This document shows positions 26,818-32,000 of a stretch of 32,000 nt of DNA, one piece after another. The DNA is from Propionibacterium freudenreichii subsp. freudenreichii. GTDB lineage: Bacteria; Actinomycetota; Actinomycetes; Propionibacteriales; Propionibacteriaceae. The stretch spans positions 960,001 to 992,000 of the forward strand of contig NZ_CP010341.1 of assembly GCF_000940845.1 (NCBI RefSeq), read 5' to 3'. Numbering within the stretch: position 1 is the stretch's first letter; each line of letters starts with the position of its first letter. Both the position numbers and the translations under genes were made by a program. The notes under the pieces are model-generated. The model made no database searches. It was not told the origin of the DNA and was given only the letters and a program-made list of their open reading frames with translations.

Positions 26818-26862
26818 GCTGCAGTGGGCTGGTCGCGGGATCCACGACCAGCCCACTGCAGC
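26818..26862. terminator. perfect 18-bp stem-loop between convergent leuA and the DUF488 gene (bidirectional terminator candidate)
   Basis: gctgcagtgggctggtcg - cgggatcca - cgaccagcccactgcagc. All 18 pairs were checked by hand. Confidence 0.65.
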
Positions 26863-26920
26863 GATGTGCTCAGCGCTCATGCGCCATCGGCGCGGTGCCC
26901 CCGGGGGCTGCGGACGATGG

Positions 26921-27283
26921 CTATTTCGACTGCAAGCCATTCAGGTAGTCGCGCAGCACCACCGCCTGATTGTCCTTCTGGTCCTTGGCGCCGTAGACCA
27001 GCGTCAGCTTCGACTTGCCTGACTCCTCGGCGCGTTTCAGCAGGGCGGCGGGCTCACTGGATGCGTCCAGCTCGGCGCGATAGCGCGTGGTGAACTCACC
27101 GAACAACTCTTCCTGGTGGTTGAACCACTTGCGCAGGTCCGTGCTCGGCGCGACGTCCTTGCACCATTCGTCGAGCTCGGCGCGCACCTTCGACTCCCCA
27201 CGGGGCCACAGTCGGTCGACCAAAGCGCGATAGCCATCATCGGGTGAGGCGGGTTCATAGACGCGTTTGATAGCGATATCCAT
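26921..27283 (-). CDS. DUF488 (YeaO-like) protein
   Basis: MDIAIKRVYEPASPDDGYRALVDRLWPRG...APSTDLRKWFNH matches the YeaO/DUF488 pattern from the first residues. ATG 27283 is therefore preferred over the listed TTG 27295. Confidence 0.85.
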   Translation of the reverse strand: MDIAIKRVYEPASPDDGYRALVDRLWPRGESKVRAELDEWCKDVAPSTDLRKWFNHQEELFGEFTTRYRAELDASSEPAALLKRAEESGKSKLTLVYGAKDQKDNQAVVLRDYLNGLQSK

Positions 27284-27343
27284 ACTTCGAGTCAAGCACG
27301 GGCCATTAACCCGTTCCAGTCATCTCAACCTGCCGGCAACCGG

Positions 27344-28144
27344 CTATGCGCCCTGAGTGCTGGAATCCGTACCCCCATAGCGGCGATCGCGATGGACATA
27401 CCGGTTGACGGCGTCCCACAGGTCGCGGCGGTCCCAGTCGGGCCACAGCTTCTGCGAGAAGACCAGCTCGGCATAGGCGCTCTGCCAGATGAGGAAGTTG
27501 CTCAGCCGCTGTTCTCCCGAGCTGCGCACGAACAGGTCCACGTCGGGCATGTCCGGCTCATCCAGGTAGCGGTGGAAGCTCTTCTCGGTGAGGTGGGCCG
27601 GATCCAGCCGTCCGGCCGCCGCGGCGGCCGCGATCTTGCGGGCGGCGTCCACGATCTCGGCACGTCCGCCATAGTTCACGCAGAACTGCATCTGCAGCGT
27701 GTCGTTGTGCCGGGTGCGTTCCTCGGCCTGCTCGAGCTCCGTGATGACGCTGCGCCACAGGCGGGGACGGCGACCCGCCCAGCGCACCCGCACCCCCCAG
27801 GCATCCAGCTCGTCGAGGCGGCGATGGATCACCGAACGGCTGAAGCCCATCAGGAAGCGGACCTCCTCGGGGGAGCGCTTCCAGTTCTCGGTGCTGAACG
27901 CGTAGACCGACAGGCAGTCAATTCCCATCTCGATGGCGCCCGCGATCACATCGAACAACGCCGACTCCCCGGCCTCATGTCCCTTGGTGCGGGGCAATCC
28001 ACGCTGGGTTGCCCACCGCCCATTGCCGTCCATCACCACGGCGACGTGGCGGGGCAGCGCCTTGGCGGGCAGGGCGGGTGGGCGCGCCCCACTGGGATGC
28101 GGGTCGGGCGCCCGATGGGCTGGATGAGGAGTGCTCGTTGCCAC
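27344..28144 (-). CDS. uppS: isoprenyl transferase (undecaprenyl/decaprenyl diphosphate synthase family)
   Basis: cis-prenyltransferase motifs [20 protein letters not shown] and [18 protein letters not shown] start. Confidence 0.93.
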   Translation of the reverse strand: MATSTPHPAHRAPDPHPSGARPPALPAKALPRHVAVVMDGNGRWATQRGLPRTKGHEAGESALFDVIAGAIEMGIDCLSVYAFSTENWKRSPEEVRFLMGFSRSVIHRRLDELDAWGVRVRWAGRRPRLWRSVITELEQAEERTRHNDTLQMQFCVNYGGRAEIVDAARKIAAAAAAGRLDPAHLTEKSFHRYLDEPDMPDVDLFVRSSGEQRLSNFLIWQSAYAELVFSQKLWPDWDRRDLWDAVNRYVHRDRRYGGTDSSTQGA

Positions 28145-28216
28145 GATCCGACACTAGTGCGTGGTCGACCGACGTGGCGCGACGATCCGTTTGGGCGGGC
28201 AACGCACAATGAAGAC

Positions 28217-28960
28217 GTGCCCACCTATCGTGATGAAGCCGTCGTGCTGCGAACCCACAAGCTGGGCGAGGCCGACCGCATCATCACCCTGCTGAGCCGC
28301 ACGCACGGCAAGGTGCGGGCCGTGGCGCGCGGGGTGCGACGCACATCCAGCAAGTTCGGCGGCAGGCTCGAGCCGTGCAACCACGTGGACGTGCAGTTCG
28401 CGGTGGGCCGCAGCCTTGACATCGTGACGCAGGTGGAATGCCTGCATCCCTATGGTGATCCCCTCACCAGGGACTATGTGCTCTATACCACCGGCGAGAC
28501 GATGCTCGAGGTGGCCGACCGCCTGGTCGCGGTGGAGAACGAGCCCTCGCTGCAGCAGTACCGACTGCTCGTGGGGGCCCTGCGGGTGCTCGGACAGGGC
28601 ACCAGCGATGGACCGCGCCCAGCGACGATGGTGCTGGATTCCTATCTGTTGCGATCCCTGGCGGTGGCCGGCTACGCCCCCGTGCTGGATTCCTGCGCCA
28701 GGTGCGGCGTGATGGGGCAGCAGGAGTGGTTCTCGCCCTCCATCGGGGGCATGGTCTGCTCGGGTTGCCGTCCACCCGGCTCGGCGCGCCCGGAGCCCGA
28801 ATCGTGGCAGTTCCTCGGGGCCCTCATGAGCGGGGACTGGCCCGCCACGCGCACCGTCGGTGAGGGCACCCAACGCGAGGTGTCCGGGCTGATCGCGGCC
28901 TTCTCGTCATGGCACCTGGAGCACCAGCTGCGCTCGCTGCCCCTCATTCCCCGCGGCTGA
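28217..28960 (+). CDS. recO: DNA repair protein RecO
   Basis: (V)PTYRDEAVVLRTHKLGEADRIITLLSRTHGKVRAVARGVRR is a typical RecO OB-fold N-terminus, and the C-terminal zinc motif is CARCG...CSGC. GTG 28217. The listed ORF from 27392 runs antisense through uppS. Confidence 0.92.
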   Translation: MPTYRDEAVVLRTHKLGEADRIITLLSRTHGKVRAVARGVRRTSSKFGGRLEPCNHVDVQFAVGRSLDIVTQVECLHPYGDPLTRDYVLYTTGETMLEVADRLVAVENEPSLQQYRLLVGALRVLGQGTSDGPRPATMVLDSYLLRSLAVAGYAPVLDSCARCGVMGQQEWFSPSIGGMVCSGCRPPGSARPEPESWQFLGALMSGDWPATRTVGEGTQREVSGLIAAFSSWHLEHQLRSLPLIPRG

Positions 28961-29123
28961 GAACGCCGAAACTAGTCCTCACCGCCATGCCGTCCGGGTC
29001 ATCCGCCGGCGCCGAATCGCCGCCCATATTCCGCATGATGGGAGATGCTTAGAGTCACCTTCGAACCGCGCCGGCCGTGCTGTTAGTATCAAGGCAACTT
29101 GGACAAGGACGTCAGGGGCCCCG

Positions 29124-30512
29124 ATGACTCTGAAGCGCATGGTCGACCTGATGGATGTCGCCGCCCTCGCGAAGACCCTGGAAGACTTCTCCGAGGCCAC
29201 TGGCTTCGCCACGGTCGCCGTCGATGCCCAGGGCGTGCCGGTCACCGAGATGTGCGCATTCACCGACTTCTGTCGCGCAATCCGCCAAGATCCCGTGCGT
29301 CGCACACTGTGCCACGGCTGTGATGCCTATGGCGGCCTCCAGTCTCTGGCTCACGGCACCACGCAGATCTATCGCTGCCATGCCGGATTGGTCGATTTTT
29401 CGGTGCCGATCACCAGCCAGAACAGCTACGTCGGGGCGATCCTGTGTGGTCAGGCCAGGGTCCCTGAGCTGGAACAGCCTGATTTCCTGATGGGTGATTC
29501 ACCATGGCGGGGCGATCCCACGCTGGAGCAGTACTACGAGCAGGTACCCGTGGTGGGGCGCCGTAGGGTACAGGCCGCCGCCCAGACCCTGCTCGGCCTG
29601 CGTGCCGGGGTCGAGGGCTATTCGGGAAAGCTGCGGTTGTTCCTGTCCGATGATCAGGCCAGCGGGGGAGTGGCCCAGAGCCAGGCCCGGGGGGCCGCCC
29701 TGCGCGGACTGAGCGTGGTTCCCACCGATATTGTCGCGGGGTTCACACCCAACCCGAACACGTCGTCGGCCCGGGCCGCGGATGATGAGGCCGATTCCGA
29801 CGCTCCTGCGAGCGACAGTGCGGACATCCTTCGAACGGCTCTGTTGGCCGAGGACTTTGCGGGCACGGTCGCCGAGATCTCGGTGCAGTTGCAGGCCGCC
29901 TTCGATCCGGTTCCGGGCACCGATGTGCTGGAGGGGGTGCAGGCACTGGACGAGGCCCTCCTGGCCGTGGCCCGTGACATCGCGCCACGCCTCGCGCCAC
30001 ACTTGGAGGAGACCATCGTGCGGCACCGACGCGGTGCCGGCGCCCATCCGGGCCGCTACACGAGCCAGCTGCACGCCGAACGGCTGGCCACCCTGATCCT
30101 CGATGAGGTGCTCCGCACCCGTCCGCAACGGCAGCACAACCTGCGCGATCTCATCAATGACATCGCCCGCAACCCCGCCCGCGCGCTGTCGCTGACCGAG
30201 GCAGCCCGAAAGCTCCACTGGTCCCCGGGGCACCTGTCGAAGTTGTTCAAATCGGTCACGGGCGACACATTCGTGTCATATGTGATGTCACGGCGGCTGG
30301 AACGGGCCGAGCTGATGCTAGCGTCCACCCAGATGCCGGTGGGTGAAATCGCGACCACCCTGGATTTCAGCCAGGTGAACTACTTCTCCAGGGTCTTCCG
30401 TTCCCGAACGGGGATGTCGCCCAGCGAATACCGGCGACAGCATTCATCGTTCGACCGGAGACCGCTCCATGAAGCAATTCCAACTGGCCACTTCTCTCGC
30501 CTGCGGGCCTGA
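29124..30512 (+). CDS. pocR: PocR sensory domain / AraC-family transcriptional regulator
   Basis: The N-terminal PocR-type domain reads FSEATGFATVAVDAQGVPVTEMCAFTDFCRAIRQDPVRRTLCHGCDAYGG...YRCHAGLVDFSVPI. The C-terminal AraC HTH pair reads LTEAARKLHWSPGHLSKLFK...IATTLDFSQVNYFSRVFRSRTGMSPSEYRR. The symbol is given by domain architecture only. Confidence 0.85.
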   Translation: MTLKRMVDLMDVAALAKTLEDFSEATGFATVAVDAQGVPVTEMCAFTDFCRAIRQDPVRRTLCHGCDAYGGLQSLAHGTTQIYRCHAGLVDFSVPITSQNSYVGAILCGQARVPELEQPDFLMGDSPWRGDPTLEQYYEQVPVVGRRRVQAAAQTLLGLRAGVEGYSGKLRLFLSDDQASGGVAQSQARGAALRGLSVVPTDIVAGFTPNPNTSSARAADDEADSDAPASDSADILRTALLAEDFAGTVAEISVQLQAAFDPVPGTDVLEGVQALDEALLAVARDIAPRLAPHLEETIVRHRRGAGAHPGRYTSQLHAERLATLILDEVLRTRPQRQHNLRDLINDIARNPARALSLTEAARKLHWSPGHLSKLFKSVTGDTFVSYVMSRRLERAELMLASTQMPVGEIATTLDFSQVNYFSRVFRSRTGMSPSEYRRQHSSFDRRPLHEAIPTGHFSRLRA

Positions 30513-31599
30513 CGCACTCACCGCGCTGGACAGGCTCGGCGGACGCCGCGTCTTGGTCATCACGGACGCCTTCATGGCCTCCTCGGCACTGATGGACACC
30601 GTGCGCGGCCACCTCGGCAGCGCCGAGATCACGGTCTTCGACCAGGTGCAGCCCAATCCCGACGTCCAGGCCGTCGCGCGCGGCCTGCGGGCCTTCCTTG
30701 ACTGCGCCCCCGAGGCCCTGCTGGCCCTGGGCGGGGGATCGCCGATCGACACCGCCAAGGCGGTGCGCAAGATTGCCCTCGAGCAGGGCCAGCCACTGTC
30801 GGCGGGCTTCTATGTGGTGCCCACCACCTCGGGAACCGGGTCGGAGGTCAGCTCGTTCGCGGTGGTCACCGATCCCGAGCACGACGCCAAGCTCCCCATG
30901 ACCTCACCCGACATGGTGGCAGATGTGGCCATCCTCGACCCTGACGCGGTGCGCACCTGCCCGCCCACGCTCACCGCCGACTCCGGGATGGACGCGCTCA
31001 GCCACGCGGTGGAGGCCTATGTTGCGCTGGACCACAACGACATCACGGACGCACTGGCCGAGAAGGCGCTGCGACTGATCAGCGCGAACCTGGTGGCCAG
31101 CTTCCGCGACGGGAACGACCTTGCGGCCAGGGAACACCAGCAGAATGCGGCGACGATGGCCGGCATCGCCTTCGAGAACTCCGGACTGGGCATCGTGCAC
31201 GGGTTGTCCCATGCCATCGGCGGCAGCTTCCATGTGGCGCACGGCAGGCTCAACGGCATCCTGATGCCGCATGTGATCGGCTTCAACGCCGGCGAGCTGG
31301 GCTTCGGGGCTGCCACGTTGTCGCCCATCGCCGAGCGCTATGCACAGCTCGCGGCGGCCATCGGCATCGACGCGGCCACCCGACGCGGACTGGTGACGGG
31401 GCTCGTCGACTTCATCACCGCCATACGTCGTGACCTTGACATGCCGGCCTCGCTCACCGACGCCGGCGTCGACCGCGCCGCCTTCCGGGCTGCCATTCCA
31501 CAGCTGTCCCAGACCGCATTGCGCGACTTCTGCACATCGGGAAACCCCCGGCCGGTGACCGCTCATGAGCTCGCCGGGCTGTTGGCCCACGCCCTCTAG
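30469..31599 (+). CDS. iron-containing alcohol dehydrogenase (PduQ/EutG-like)
   Basis: GGGSPIDTAKA, PTTSGTGSEV and HGLSHAIGGSFHVAHG metal-site motifs. ggag lies 8 nt upstream of ATG 30469. It overlaps the regulator gene by 44 nt. Confidence 0.9.
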   Translation: MKQFQLATSLACGPDALTALDRLGGRRVLVITDAFMASSALMDTVRGHLGSAEITVFDQVQPNPDVQAVARGLRAFLDCAPEALLALGGGSPIDTAKAVRKIALEQGQPLSAGFYVVPTTSGTGSEVSSFAVVTDPEHDAKLPMTSPDMVADVAILDPDAVRTCPPTLTADSGMDALSHAVEAYVALDHNDITDALAEKALRLISANLVASFRDGNDLAAREHQQNAATMAGIAFENSGLGIVHGLSHAIGGSFHVAHGRLNGILMPHVIGFNAGELGFGAATLSPIAERYAQLAAAIGIDAATRRGLVTGLVDFITAIRRDLDMPASLTDAGVDRAAFRAAIPQLSQTALRDFCTSGNPRPVTAHELAGLLAHAL

Positions 31600-31651
31600 T
31601 CCCCGCCGACCCGTACGGTCCACCCCGGAGGGCGCCGGGAGGGTGCCGGGA

Positions 31652-32000
31652 CTAGGCCAGACGGGCTGCGAGCCGATCGATTCCGGCCCCGGTCATGGCA
31701 GACACGGGGAAGATCTGCGTCACGCCGGCCATCTGCAGGTGTGACGTGGCGATGTCGATCGCCACCTGGTCGGCAAGGTCGATCTTCGTCACGACGCCCA
31801 CCGACGGTGGCATGAAGAAGCTGGTGAACCCGGGTGGGAACTTCGCCTCCGACACCTGCGCGGAGGCGAGCAGCACCACCAGGTCCACCTCGAAGGAAGC
31901 CATCCGCAGGGCATGCTTGTAGAACGGCATCTCCAGGTATTCGCCCGGCGTGTCCACGATGGTGCCGTCGGTGTAGATCGTCTCGGTCTTTGCGTAGCTG
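31652..32000 (-). CDS. pduV: EutP/PduV-family microcompartment-associated GTPase; N-terminus beyond the window edge
   Basis: My reverse-strand translation continues upstream of the listed Met as ...SYAKTETIYTDGTIVDTPGEYLEMPFYKHALR..., the EutP/PduV pattern (xDTPGEY). The frame is open to position 32000. pduV is preferred over eutP only because of the adjacent PocR regulator. Confidence 0.75.
   Translation of the reverse strand, partial: SYAKTETIYTDGTIVDTPGEYLEMPFYKHALRMASFEVDLVVLLASAQVSEAKFPPGFTSFFMPPSVGVVTKIDLADQVAIDIATSHLQMAGVTQIFPVSAMTGAGIDRLAARLA

Noticed and set aside
1-32000. CRISPR arrays, tRNA/rRNA genes, prophage or defence-system signatures
   Set aside because: I found no spaced direct-repeat arrays, no cloverleaf-compatible intergenic segments, and no nuclease, helicase, methylase or integrase-like ORFs other than the IS transposase. 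This was a visual scan only, so a tRNAscan/Infernal/defence-finder run would be needed to exclude them formally.

Overview
High-GC actinobacterial chromosome, possibly Propionibacteriaceae; that guess rests only on gene content and the propanediol-type genes at the right edge. Most of the window is the conserved housekeeping backbone: rpsT, lepA, hemW, a DUF3097-like gene, an IMPase-family gene, hrcA-dnaJ-rsmE, then phoH-ybeY-CBS/CorC-era, then leuA, uppS and recO. As I recall it, this order matches Mycobacterium and Streptomyces. Non-backbone material sits in four places. (1) An intact ISL3-family IS (1098-2536) with a perfect 8-bp target-site duplication lies between rpsT and the lepA side. 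(2) Six genes between rsmE and phoH: metallophosphoesterase, an atypical Tgt, an acidic protein, pip, a membrane protein and an MFS transporter. (3) An unrecognisable 205-aa protein plus a 44-aa Lys-rich single-TM peptide follow era, with an amidohydrolase next to them. (4) The right edge holds the start of a propanediol-utilisation-type locus: a PocR/AraC regulator, an Fe-alcohol dehydrogenase and a truncated EutP/PduV GTPase. Regulatory signals visible by eye include a Leu-Leu-Leu leader peptide with an 11-bp inverted repeat upstream of leuA, a degenerate CIRCE-like repeat upstream of hrcA, tandem repeats upstream of lepA, and several strong hairpins between convergent genes. I saw no rRNA, tRNA or CRISPR array. 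I did not find a convincing novel multi-gene system. The best candidates for something undescribed are the era-downstream orphan pair (22311-23235) and the divergent Tgt with its neighbours (11620-15000), and both remain hypotheses. Many long ORFs in the supplied track are antisense or out-of-frame artefacts of high GC, and several true genes start well inside the listed ORFs.
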